Positions 20,720 through 30,812 of a DNA stretch of 64,000 bases are shown piece by piece; position 1 is the stretch's first letter; each line of letters begins with the position of its first letter. Location: NCBI GenBank assembly GCA_963798085.1, contig CAWCRS010000002.1, positions 64,001-128,000 of the forward strand, in the 5' to 3' direction. The notes below the pieces were generated by a model. That model worked only from the letters and a program-made list of their open reading frames with translations. It did no database searches and was not told the origin of the DNA. Made by a program: the position numbers and the translations under genes. Origin of the DNA: an uncultured Gemmatimonadales bacterium (lineage in GTDB: Bacteria > Gemmatimonadota > Gemmatimonadetes > Longimicrobiales > RSA9).

Positions 20720-22495
20720 CTACCTGGTCTTGAACTCGACTGGAATCTGCACCCAGACGGGGATCGTCTTCGAGCCGTTCTGCGCGGGCTCGAAACGCAT
20801 TTGCCCGGCAACCTTCTCGGCGGCGTCATCGATGGCGACCCGACCGCTGCTCTGTGCCAGCCGGATCTCCGTCACTCCGCCACTTTCGTCGATGCGCATC
20901 CACAGCACTGCGGTACCGGAGATGCCGGCGTCACGCAGCTGCGGCGGGTAGTTCCGCTCGAGCAGCGCGGCGACCACATCCTGATTCGTGATCCGCGGCC
21001 TGCGCGTCATGGGCGTGAAGAACGGGCCGTTGCCGGCAACGGATTCGGAAGAGGCGGTCGCCGATTTCATCTCGACGAGCATTGTCCCGCGTGACACCGA
21101 CGTGCTCATTTCGGGCTGCACGCGCGGCAGATTGTCGAGCTCGGCGGCAGTCGCGGTGGCGGGACTGCGCGCCGGCGCGCCGACCGCGGCTCCAGCCTTG
21201 AACACGATCGGGATCTGCACCCAGACACCCACCGGCACGCCATGATTCTCGGCCGGCGTGAAGCGCATCATTTCCGCCACGTGCCGTGCGCTCTGATCCA
21301 GTGCCTCGTAGCCGCTCGAGCGGTAGACCATGGTATGCAGCACGGCGCCTTCGCGATCGATCTGGAACCACATGGTCACCGTGCCGCCGATGCCGGCATC
21401 GCGCAGCAGCGGCGGGTAGTTGCGTTCCAGCGCACGCCCCACCTCCTGGCCGTTGGCGAGGCGGGGCGCGAGCGTCATGGGCGTCCAGAATGGCACCGGC
21501 ATCGTGTCGGCGCGCTCCGCGCGCGGCGCCACCGAGGGCAGCTCAATGGCCGGGAAAGGCACGGCCGCACGGAATCCTAACCTGCCGTTAGAAGGTGCCG
21601 GAGCCGTGGGATCGCGCGTAAAGGCGGCGGCCAGGGTCAGCAGCAGAGCGACGCCGGCCAGCGACAGCACCCGCCGCAGATCCACACTGCGCGCGCGCTG
21701 CGTGATGTGGCGAATGCGCCGCTCGAGGAAGGAAGCCGGCTCCGCCAGTGCCACGCCCAGCACCGGACGGGAGCGACGGCGCCCGCATTCCAGCAGCAGT
21801 GCGCCGTAACTGCGTGCATCCGGTGCGCGGCGCAGCACGCGCGCGTCGCAGTCCAGTTCGATGGCCTGACGCAGGCGCCGATGCTGCCACCAGAGCGGCA
21901 GATTCCAGGGCGCCACGGCGATGGCCAGCAGACCGAGCAGCGCGAGCCGCGAATCTCCCGCGCGCGCATGCTCGCCCTCGTGCAGCAGCATCAGCCGTCG
22001 CACCCTCGACTCGAGACTCAGGGCCCATTCCGGAACGAGGATCAGCGACTGGCGGAACCCGTACACCGCGGGTCCGCGATCCTGCGTCACCAGCACGCGG
22101 ACGCCATCCAGGCTCAACACGCGCCAGTAGCGCCGCTCTCCGCGGATCTGCGCCCACGACAACACGACTACGCCCAGCAGTACGGCACTGCTCGCCCCCC
22201 ACGCGAGCAGCAGCAGTTCATCCAGCGATGCGCCCATGGCGCCACGCGACGTCGAGGCCGACGCGATGGGTGCCAGGGGAATCACCATGCTGTCCGGCAC
22301 CGCCGGAACCGACTGCACATGCCAGCCCGCCCACGCCAGCAGCGGCATGGCCAGTGACAACGCCATCGCGGCCGCCCAGGCCCACCGCCCCGATCGCGCT
22401 CCGTCCCGCAGCGCACGCTCACCAGCGACCGCCGCCAGACCCAGCAGGTTCGCCACAATGATCGAGTACAGAAACCAGGCGGCCACAGTGCTCAT
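20720..22495 (-). CDS. M56 (BlaR1-like) metallopeptidase fused to two TonB C-terminal domains
   Basis: TM segments, HEGEH, PWNLPLW..ELDCD; two NYPPxLRDAGIxGT...FxPA..VWVQIP TonB_C repeats. Confidence 0.9.
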   Translation of the reverse strand: MSTVAAWFLYSIIVANLLGLAAVAGERALRDGARSGRWAWAAAMALSLAMPLLAWAGWHVQSVPAVPDSMVIPLAPIASASTSRGAMGASLDELLLLAWGASSAVLLGVVVLSWAQIRGERRYWRVLSLDGVRVLVTQDRGPAVYGFRQSLILVPEWALSLESRVRRLMLLHEGEHARAGDSRLALLGLLAIAVAPWNLPLWWQHRRLRQAIELDCDARVLRRAPDARSYGALLLECGRRRSRPVLGVALAEPASFLERRIRHITQRARSVDLRRVLSLAGVALLLTLAAAFTRDPTAPAPSNGRLGFRAAVPFPAIELPSVAPRAERADTMPVPFWTPMTLAPRLANGQEVGRALERNYPPLLRDAGIGGTVTMWFQIDREGAVLHTMVYRSSGYEALDQSARHVAEMMRFTPAENHGVPVGVWVQIPIVFKAGAAVGAPARSPATATAAELDNLPRVQPEMSTSVSRGTMLVEMKSATASSESVAGNGPFFTPMTRRPRITNQDVVAALLERNYPPQLRDAGISGTAVLWMRIDESGGVTEIRLAQSSGRVAIDDAAEKVAGQMRFEPAQNGSKTIPVWVQIPVEFKTR

Positions 22496-22866
22496 CGCGC
22501 CCCCTCTCGCAGCCGTGCTTCCAGCAATTCCATCATCCGCTCCATCTGCGGAGCCGTCAGCGCCCGCTCCGCCACGAGATGCGTCAGCAGCATCTCGGGC
22601 GAACCGCGGAAGACCTTGCGCACCAGTCGCCGCACGGCACTGGCACCCGCCTCTTCCCGGCCCACGCGGGGGATATAGCGATAGGCACGGCCTTCTTCCT
22701 CGTGACGCACCCGGCCCTTGTCCTCCAGGGTCCGGAGAATCGTCAGAACGGTTGTGTAGGCGAGGTCGTCCGGCAGCCGCTCCTGCACCTCGGCGACAGT
22801 CGCCGAGCCGAGGTCCCAGAGCACTGCCATGATGTCGAGTTCGCGATCCGTGAAGGAGATCTCCAT
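22492..22866 (-). CDS. BlaI/MecI/CopY family repressor
   Basis: FTDRELDIMAVLW..ATVAEV..LAYTTVLTILRTLEDKG. Confidence 0.93.
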   Translation of the reverse strand: MEISFTDRELDIMAVLWDLGSATVAEVQERLPDDLAYTTVLTILRTLEDKGRVRHEEEGRAYRYIPRVGREEAGASAVRRLVRKVFRGSPEMLLTHLVAERALTAPQMERMMELLEARLREGAR

Positions 22867-22878
22867 GGGTCCTTTTCT

Positions 22879-22892
22879 ACTAGGGTTATAGT
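22879..22892. promoter_or_regulatory. Putative BlaI-family operator palindrome ACTA-N6-TAGT
   Basis: ACTAGGGTTATAGT directly upstream of the RBS of the blaI-like gene. Confidence 0.5.
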
Positions 22893-23052
22893 CAGGATGC
22901 ACCCGCCGATGGCGCCGTGTCAAGCGTTTTCTCCGACTATGTCGCGGCACAACGCAGCAGGGATTTGAGCCGGAGCGGGGCAGGGTCCGACACTATGAGG
23001 AAATCGCGCTGCAGCCCCGGTTCCATACCGAGTCTCGAACCTGTCGCGTGCC

Positions 23053-23955
23053 ATGTTATCGGAGTCGACACCGTCTTCGCCGTCAGGCGCCGCACTGATC
23101 CTGCGGCGCGCGATCTTTTCGCGTGCCCGGCACGCGCGCATCACCGGAATGGCGTTGGGCGCGCTGCTGCTGGCGCTGACGCTGGGACTGGTGTATGCGG
23201 CGCCGGCGGTGCGCGCGGGTCTGCTCCTGGCGTTGCCGGTGGCGATGCTGAGCTGGTTCGGCGGTCCATGGGTTGGCCGTGCCGGTGCGATTGCGGCGGC
23301 GGGGACCCAGCTTGCTGTGGATGCGGCGAGCGGTCCGGCAACCCCGACGATGGTGGTCGGCGCGATCATCGCGGTGCTCGTGTTGTCAGGAGTCGCGTGG
23401 GCGGTGCCGGTGCTCCGGTTCGCCGCGCAGGGCTACCGGGAGCACGCACAGACTGACCCACTGACGAATCTGGGGAATCGGCGGTTCTTCCGCGAGGTCG
23501 CCGCCGTGGAGCTGAATCGCACGCGGCGCTACAGTCGGCCGCTTTCTCTGGTCTATCTCGAGGCGGATGCGTTCGAGCAGCTGCGTCATGTGGCGGGACA
23601 TGCGGAGGCGGATGAGCTGCTGATCCAGATGGCGAGTGTGATCACGGGCGCGTTGCGCACATCCGATGTGGTGGCTCGACTCTACGGCGCGGAATTCGCG
23701 ATCCTGCTCCCCGAGACGGACGGGCGGGGTGCGCAGGTGGTGGCGGACAAGCTGCGCGAGCATTTGTCGCGGGTGGCTTCGGCGGCGGGGTACGAGCTTC
23801 ATTTCCGGGCGGCGGTCGTGGGCTTCGAGGACGGGCCCATCACGCTCGAGGCGTTGTTGCGACAGGCCGACGAGACCATGCTCGCGGCCCGGCGAGGTGC
23901 GGCAGAGGTTCTGGCGTACCGTGACTATGTGCACCCGCCCATGCAACTGGTGTAG
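23053..23955 (+). CDS. Membrane GGDEF-domain protein with degenerate active site (YGAEF)
   Basis: About 4 TM segments, TDPLTNLGNRR, LRTSDVVARLYGAEFAILLP. Confidence 0.85.
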   Translation: MLSESTPSSPSGAALILRRAIFSRARHARITGMALGALLLALTLGLVYAAPAVRAGLLLALPVAMLSWFGGPWVGRAGAIAAAGTQLAVDAASGPATPTMVVGAIIAVLVLSGVAWAVPVLRFAAQGYREHAQTDPLTNLGNRRFFREVAAVELNRTRRYSRPLSLVYLEADAFEQLRHVAGHAEADELLIQMASVITGALRTSDVVARLYGAEFAILLPETDGRGAQVVADKLREHLSRVASAAGYELHFRAAVVGFEDGPITLEALLRQADETMLAARRGAAEVLAYRDYVHPPMQLV

Positions 23956-23977
23956 GCGACGATTCCGTTCGGAGAGC

Positions 23978-24014
23978 CGGCGCCGCGGCATGCAAGCCGC
24001 GGCGCCGTTTTTTT
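23978..24014 (+). terminator. Rho-independent terminator
   Basis: CGGCGCCGCGGC/GCCGCGGCGCCG stem plus T7. Confidence 0.85.
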
Positions 24015-24309
24015 CGCGTCGAACGGTGCGCAGAATCGTCGCCTGCAGTACCTAATTCCGTGCGCTGTGGCGGGGCGGGTCGCAGCGTAGCGCACGTGCG
24101 GCGCGCGTGCTCATCGAGCCTCTCCGGATGATGCGTTCCGGCTCAAGAAAAGGTGTGCGTGGCTCGATCCTTAAGGAGTCAATCGCCACCTCCCCTCCGG
24201 GCATGAGGGTTCGCGACCTGGACGACGTCGCCGAGGTGGTCAGCAACCCGAATCTTCCGTCCTTTGCCACCGTGGCTTTGACAACGAGGGCGGGCTCGAC
24301 CGGAAGCCA

Positions 24310-25878
24310 ATGGAAGGCTCCTTGTATTTGAACTCGCCAGTCGGAAACGGTGCGCTCGTGAGTGCCGAGGCTGCATGGCGTGGCCTGGCGGTGCTCGCTG
24401 ACTGGAGCCAGGGACGCCCGGGCGGCGCGCAGCTGGCGCAGCGGCTGGGGCAGGATCGCCTGGCTGCGCAATCCGCACTCGGTGTTCGCAATTACCTCCA
24501 CGAAATCCTGGTCGATGCCCGTGACGACCCCGATGGTCCGGCGGTTGCCGGGGATGTTGCGGAGTTTCTGAGCGAGCTGCCCGCGCCGTTGCTGTCTGCC
24601 GTACTGCGCGCGGAGATCGATGAGCACAAGCGCTCGTCGTTCCTGGAGGCGGCCGCGCAGCGGCTGCCGATACCGGTGCTGAAGCGTGTGGCTGCGGGTC
24701 TGGCCAGCGCCTATGAGCGACCCTACCCGATGAGCGTGCGTGCCTCGATCCATACGCTGGCCAGCGCGGCCACTGCCGGTGAGCATGCGGCCACGCATGC
24801 GGAGCCGTTGCTGCGCGAGACAATTCGGCGGCTGTTCCATCACTGGGTTCGACAGCGGCGGACAGCGGTAACGCAGGGGTTCGAGCCGGTCCTCGAGAAG
24901 CTGGAGCGGCGACAGGCCGGCCGTTCGGTTCCGGAAGCGGAGCGCATTCTGGAAATGGCAATCGAGTGCGACTCGCAGGGCGAAGTCATGTGGGTGGCGC
25001 TGCAGGAAGTGGTGGAGGACGGGGGCACGGCGAGGGTCATTGATCTGATCAAGACGGCGCCGGAGGAGGCCGCAGTAGCGGCGGCTATCATGAAACGCAT
25101 CGGCAAGCCGCAGGAGTTACGCAACCTGCTGCGCGCGGAGCCGCTCAATGGTGCGGCCGTGGACGCGCTGCTACGGGGCATGGGCATCGCGGCGGCGAAC
25201 GTGCTGCTCGAGGAGCTGGTGGAGTCCACGGCGCGACTGACACGGCGTTATCTGATGGAACGGCTGGCGCGCTTCGGCACGGAGATCCAGCCGCTGGTGG
25301 AAGGGCGGCTCAAGGACCAGCGCTGGTTCGTGCAGCGCAACATGCTGGCGTTGATGCGCAACGCGAAATGCGTCGCCGAGCCTGCCACAGCCGGGCGCTT
25401 CCTCGCGCACCGTGATGCGCGGGTACGGCGCGAGGCGGTGCTGTGGTGTCTGGAGAGCCAGGGCATGCGCGATGAGGCGCTGGTGGCGGCGCTCGGTGAT
25501 CGCGACGTGGCCGTGCTGCGGCCGGCGCTGCAGTCGGCGCGCAGCCAGCTGCCCACATTGGCGGTGCCGGTGCTGGCCAAGCGCGCACTGGATGCCGATT
25601 TCCCGCCCGAGTTTCGCGTGCTGGCGCTCAGTCTGCTGGGCCGATCCGGCTCGGCGCTCGCGCTCGAAGCGCTGCTGCACTTCGCGCAGAATGGCAAGAC
25701 ACTGCTGGGCAAGCCCCGCCTGGCGCACAAGTCACCGGAAATGCTGGCTGCGGTCAGCTCGCTGGCGCGTGCCTGGCCGGGCGAACGTCGGGCGCACGAG
25801 CTGTTGTCGCAGGCCAGGAAGTCACGGGACCGCGAAGTAGCGGACGCGGCAAGTGGCAAGACGGGAGCCGAAGCGTGA
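24310..25878 (+). CDS. HEAT-repeat-like helical protein
   Basis: LKDQRWFVQRNML and HRDARVRREAV repeats; 4-bp overlap with the HD-GYP gene. Confidence 0.7.
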   Translation: MEGSLYLNSPVGNGALVSAEAAWRGLAVLADWSQGRPGGAQLAQRLGQDRLAAQSALGVRNYLHEILVDARDDPDGPAVAGDVAEFLSELPAPLLSAVLRAEIDEHKRSSFLEAAAQRLPIPVLKRVAAGLASAYERPYPMSVRASIHTLASAATAGEHAATHAEPLLRETIRRLFHHWVRQRRTAVTQGFEPVLEKLERRQAGRSVPEAERILEMAIECDSQGEVMWVALQEVVEDGGTARVIDLIKTAPEEAAVAAAIMKRIGKPQELRNLLRAEPLNGAAVDALLRGMGIAAANVLLEELVESTARLTRRYLMERLARFGTEIQPLVEGRLKDQRWFVQRNMLALMRNAKCVAEPATAGRFLAHRDARVRREAVLWCLESQGMRDEALVAALGDRDVAVLRPALQSARSQLPTLAVPVLAKRALDADFPPEFRVLALSLLGRSGSALALEALLHFAQNGKTLLGKPRLAHKSPEMLAAVSSLARAWPGERRAHELLSQARKSRDREVADAASGKTGAEA

Positions 25879-26642
25879 TGGACCGGAGTCAACGCGAAGA
25901 AATCGAGCCGTGGGTGGAACGCCGGCGCGAGCCGAGCATTGCCGGGTTGCGTGTCCCGGACGAGGTGGACGCGGCCCAGTGGATCCACCAGCAGGTGGCC
26001 GAAGGCAAGCGTCTCCCCGTGGCAGAAGCCGAAGCGCTGATTAACGCGCTGTTTGCCGATGTGCGCTGGAGCGGGCGGCCGCTGCTGCCGCCCGTAGCCG
26101 TGCGCGATACTGCCTACCTGGCGGGAACCCACGCGGTAAACGTGGCCGCGCTGAGCATGGCGCTGGCTGATTCTCTGCAGTTCGAGGAAGTCGCCGTGCG
26201 GCGAGTGGGCGTGGCGGGCCTGCTGCACGACATCGGCATGACGCGGCTGCCCGCGGAAATCGCGGGCAAGTCAGGCCAGCTGACGCCGGAGGAGCGCGAG
26301 CTGGTGAAGCGCCATCCGGTGGAAGGCGCGCGCATTCTGCTGGCCGCGGACGCATCGCTGGATCTGGCCGCAGTGGTAGCCTACGAGCATCACCTGCGCA
26401 TGGACGGCAGCGGCTATCCGCACCTCGTGTATCCACGCTCCGCACACTACGTGAGTCGCCTGGTGCAGCTGTGCGACGTGTTCGTCGCGCTGGCTTCGCC
26501 GCGGCCTTATCGCGCTGCGTGGCCGCTGGAGATCATCCTGTCGTTTCTGAGCGAGCGCGCCGGTTTCGAGTTCCATCCCACGCTGTCGGGGGCGCTGACG
26601 GAGCTGGTGCAGCAGTTCGTGACGCGCAACGCGGCCGCCTGA
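25875..26642 (+). CDS. HD-GYP domain phosphodiesterase
   Basis: HAVNV, LLHDIG, HP..G, EHHLRMDGSGYP, CDVF, RPYR. Confidence 0.88.
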   Translation: MMDRSQREEIEPWVERRREPSIAGLRVPDEVDAAQWIHQQVAEGKRLPVAEAEALINALFADVRWSGRPLLPPVAVRDTAYLAGTHAVNVAALSMALADSLQFEEVAVRRVGVAGLLHDIGMTRLPAEIAGKSGQLTPEERELVKRHPVEGARILLAADASLDLAAVVAYEHHLRMDGSGYPHLVYPRSAHYVSRLVQLCDVFVALASPRPYRAAWPLEIILSFLSERAGFEFHPTLSGALTELVQQFVTRNAAA

Positions 26643-26651
26643 CGGCCTCAC

Positions 26652-27543
26652 TCACTCCTTGTCCTTCTGCAGTGCCTGACGGATCTCGTCCAGGCGCTGT
26701 TTTTCCTCGTGGTTCACAGCCGGAAAGCGCAGGGGCAGTGCGCGCATCGTCTGGACGATGATGCGGGCTACGCTGAGACGCATGTAGGGTTTGGAGTCGG
26801 CGGGGATCGCGTACCAGGGGGCCCAGGCGCGGGACGTGGCGCACAGCGCCTCCTCGTAGGCGGACATGTAGTCGTCCCAGCGCGCCCGCTCCCGCACATC
26901 AGCGGCTTCGAATTTCCAGTTCTTCGAGGGTTCGTCGAGCCGGGCGAGAAAGCGCTTGCGCTGCTCCTTCCGTCCCACGTGAAGCCAGAACTTCAGGATG
27001 ACGATGCCGTTGCGCGCCAGGTGCAGCTCGTGATCGCGGATGGAGTCGAAGCGTTCTTCCCAGAGGCGCTGCACGTCGGTGTCGGGCAGGCGCTGGCGCT
27101 CGAGATACTCCGGGTGCACGCGCACGACGAGCACTTCCTCGTAGTAGCTGCGATTGAAGATGCCGATGCGTCCGCGCTCCGGCAGGCAGAGGCTGGTGCG
27201 CCAGAGGAAGTCGTGGTCCAGCTCCGCCGTGGATGGACTCTTGAAAGCGTAGACCTGACAGCCACTGGGATCGACGCCCGATCATCACCGCACGGATCGT
27301 GCTGTCCTTGCCGGCTGCATCCATCGCCTGGAAAACGAGCAGCAGCGCGTAGCGGTTGTCGGCAAAGAGCACGCGCTGCAGTCCGTCCAGCTCGCTGATG
27401 GCCTGCTGCAGCTGCTCGCGGCAGGCATCATTGTCGGGCGCATTGTGCGGCGGGGATGTGGCGGCGGCGGCAACGCGGAAGGAGCCGTCGAAGGGCACGA
27501 GCCAGGGGCTGGGCACGGGCTCGCGCGCGGGTCTGTATTTCAT
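26652..27543 (-). CDS. ppk2: Polyphosphate kinase 2 family (class III-like), frameshift near 27283
   Basis: [16 protein letters not shown]; second frame gives [56 protein letters not shown]. Confidence 0.9.
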
Positions 27544-27800
27544 GCGGACTCCGTTCGCCGGGGCGCGCGGTGGCGCGATAACAGGATATTTCCGATCATC
27601 CGTTGCACCGTTCGGGGGCGCCGCTTCCCATGGCAACGGGCCGGCCCGAGCACGGTATGGTGCTCGTGTGGCCGAGGACAAGGGCGGATGACCCTGGCTG
27701 GCCGACGCTTGTGCGGGTTCGCGCATTTGATGTAGCGTTCCTGATCTGATGCGACGACGCGCACCGCCTCGGTGCGTCGCTCTCCCACCGGGAGCAAGCC

Positions 27801-29306
27801 ATGCCCGGGATCTTCGTGTGCTACCGCCGTGAGGACAGCGCGGGCCACGCCGGTCGACTCTACGACCGACTGGCGCAGCATTTCGGACGGAACCGGGTGT
27901 TCCGCGATGTGGACCATCTGCGCGCGGGTCAGGATTTCGTGCAGGCCATCGCGCGCGCGGTGGGCGGTTGCGACGCGTGCGTCGTCGTCATTGGCCGTGA
28001 CTGGCTGCATAGCGTGGATGAACAGGGCCAGCGGCGTCTTGACCAGCCGGAGGATTTCGTGCGGCTGGAGCTGCAGAGCGCCCTGGAGCGGGGGATCCTC
28101 ACAGTTCCGGTGCTGGTCGACGGTGCGGCCATGGTGCGCGCCGCAGAAATGCCCGGGCCGTTGCGGGCACTGGCCAGGCGCCAGGCGGTGGAGCTGAGCG
28201 AAAGTCGCTGGGACTTCGACGTGCAGCATCTGCTGCGCGAGCTGAGTCCTGCGGTGCGACAACCGGTCGTGTCGTGGAAAAGAAGGATGGCGTGGGCTGC
28301 CGCAGCCGTGCTGGTGCTGGCGGCGGGCATCCTGGCCGCGCGGCCCTGGTGGACGCACAGCTGGTGAAGCGGGAGGACGCGGGCGATGCCCATGCGGCCG
28401 GAATGGCCGCGGAGTCGGCACAGGGAGGCCTTTCGCCCTCGGGCGACAGCGCCGCGCTGGTACTGGCCGGTCGAGACACAGTCGCCGCGCTGCCCGCGGA
28501 CAGCACGGCGCTCGACGGTGCGCGCGGCGCCGGACTCGAGCCATGCGCCGGTTCTGGTACGCGTGCCGGACCTGCGGGGCCGTCCGCTGGCGGATGCGCA
28601 GCGGGTCCTGACCGCGCGCGGCCTGCGCGTGGGCGATGTCACAGAGAGCGCGAATCACCAGTCGCTTCCCGGTTCGGTGTTCGCGCAGAGTCCCTCGCCT
28701 GACGCGAGCGTGGCGCCGGGCACGGTCGTGCAGCTCAGCGTGGAAGCGCTGGCCGCGCCTCGCCGGACCGTGCTCGCCCCGAACCTCGCCGGCATCAGCC
28801 TGAAAGCCGCCATGGACACGCTGAAGGCGCTCGGCCTGCGCGCGGGTCGCGTGCAGTACTTCACGCTGGGACAATACGCGCCGGGCACCGTGTACGGGCA
28901 GTCGGCGCGGCCCAACACGGAATTAGCGGTCGACACCGTGCTGAATCTGTGGGTGGAAGCCAAGCCGGAACGGGATGCCCTGCGCAGCGGGCGGCAGTTC
29001 CTGGCCGCCAGGCGGCTGCTGGATCTGGACTTCGACCGCGGCGCCGGCAGCGCCGGTGCAGACCTGGTGTTCGATCCACCGGCCGGATTGCGCGCGCTCA
29101 ACGGCGCCATGCTCATGGCGGCGGGAGGATACCCGTGGTACGGTCCCAAGGCCTGTTCCGCCATGAAAGCCTCAAGGCCAGTGCCGGCCACGGAGGGCAC
29201 GCAGCTCTGCGTGCGCACGAACGGCGGGCACTTCGCCATGATCCACGTACACAGCGCAGACCCGCAGGGGCGCGAGGTGGAGTTCAGCTTCACGACCTGG
29301 AAGTGA
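27801..29306 (+). CDS. TIR domain - TM - 2xPASTA protein (interrupted by an in-frame TGA at 28365, probably from compensating indels)
   Basis: [32 protein letters not shown] (TIR_2-like); [34 protein letters not shown] and APNLAG..GTVYGQS PASTA repeats. Confidence 0.75.
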
Positions 29307-29331
29307 GCCGCCAGCTGCTCCTGACAGGCCG

Positions 29332-30548
29332 TTAGCGCGGCCAGCCGGTCTGCGGCAGGCGCGGCGTGATCTTCAGCGCGTTCTGGAAATAGACCTTCTT
29401 CAGCACGCTGTCCGGCAGATCGATGCCGTAGAGCTTCCAGAACGCGTGATAGTCGCGGTAATAGTCGAAGTAGTCGTCCTTCGTCTCGAACACGCGCCAG
29501 TAGTACGGATACTCCTCCGGCTGGAACGAGTCCTTGCCGAAGAGGATGCGGTCCTGGTACTTGACGAAGAAGTCGTGCGCTGCGCGCGGCTGGCGGCCGA
29601 TGTCGTACAGCACCGCGCCGACCTCGGTGTAGACGTTGGGCATCGCGTCGAGCATCTTGCGCCAGGCGTGCCGAGGTCGTTGGCGTGCCAGCCCATGTGC
29701 GCGGCGACGAAGCGTCGTCTTCGGGATGCCGGCGGAACAGGTTGTCCCGCTCCGTCATCAGCTCCTCGAACGACGGGAAGCTGGTCCTGCGGGTAGCGGC
29801 GCTCGGCGAAGAGCGCGAGCTCGAGCCAGCGCTCGTTCGTGTAGTCGATCGGCTGGAAGAACTCCTGCGGATCGGCGGTGTGGATGAACACAGGGAGTGT
29901 TGAGCCGGGCGCACGCCTCCCAGATCGGATCGAGCTCGGGATCATCGATGCTGGAGGCGGGAGCCGTCGGGCTTGCGGATCGAGAGGCCGAAGCTCTTCG
30001 AGATCTCGCCCACGCCGACGGCACCGGCCGCGACATCGGCCTCGAGCTGCGCCACGGCTTTCTCGCGCCCAGCCCGGGCCCGACGTTGCGGAAATCGATG
30101 CCGGCGAGCGGGAACACGCGATCCTTCATCTTCGGCGAGGCGTGGATCACGGCCAGCGCGCGCTGCAGCCGGTCGCCTGACATGTTGTCCGCGGCGACCA
30201 TCAGCCGGACGTTCAGGCTGTCGAGGGCGGCGCCGAGGCTCGTCGAGACCTCCGCCGAGCCGAGCAGGCCCTGCGGATGTCCGTGGAAGTCGATGGCCGG
30301 ATACTTCGCCTGCGGCACGAGGTGCTCCGGCGTCGACGAGCGTCGAGTGCGGGCGATAGTCGAGAATGCTGGGCGGCGGCAGTGCTCGGGCGCCATGCAG
30401 TGTGCGCGGCCGGATCTCCGTCGTGCCCGGCGGGCACGATTCGCCCGGCCCTGATGGGCGTGCCCCGGCCACCGCGACCCTGTGCCGCTGCGGCATGGCA
30501 GAGGACGAACACGGCGGTCAGACCGGCAAAGCTGGCAAATCGACGCAT
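29332..30548 (-). CDS. Secreted amidohydrolase family protein (multiple frameshifts)
   Basis: Signal peptide MRRFASFAGLTAVF; IDFHGH, GVGEI.K, VFIHTADP, AAHMGW, DRILFGKD spread over several frames. Confidence 0.8.
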
Positions 30549-30748
30549 GGCTGCTCCTGGCGGTGTGTGCGGGGATCTTACCGATGACGGCGGCGATCGG
30601 GAAACCGATTGCGCGGCGCACCGGCCGCACCTGGCTGATCCAATCCAGCTCTCCCGTTCGAAGTTCTCGCGTGTGGCCAGCGGCAGCGCTGCGCGGGCGC
30701 GTTTCTGCCCTGCGCCGTCTCCCCCGACGAATCGCCGCGCCGCCATGC

Positions 30749-30774
30749 TGAGAGGAAAGCGCGCGGGCTGCGTC
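30749..30774 (+). promoter_or_regulatory. Putative ECF promoter (TGAGA-N15-TGCGTC)
   Basis: Similar motif at similar distance upstream of the paralogue at 43093. Confidence 0.4.
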
Positions 30775-30812
30775 TCTTGTGGGTGGGAATCCACCTGCAG
30801 CCGGAGTACAGC

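Noticed and set aside
28365..28367. Selenocysteine or read-through TGA in TIR-PASTA (also the TGA near the PhzF start, about 34281)
   Set aside because: No SECIS-like hairpin or catalytic Cys context was recognised; sequencing error is simpler.
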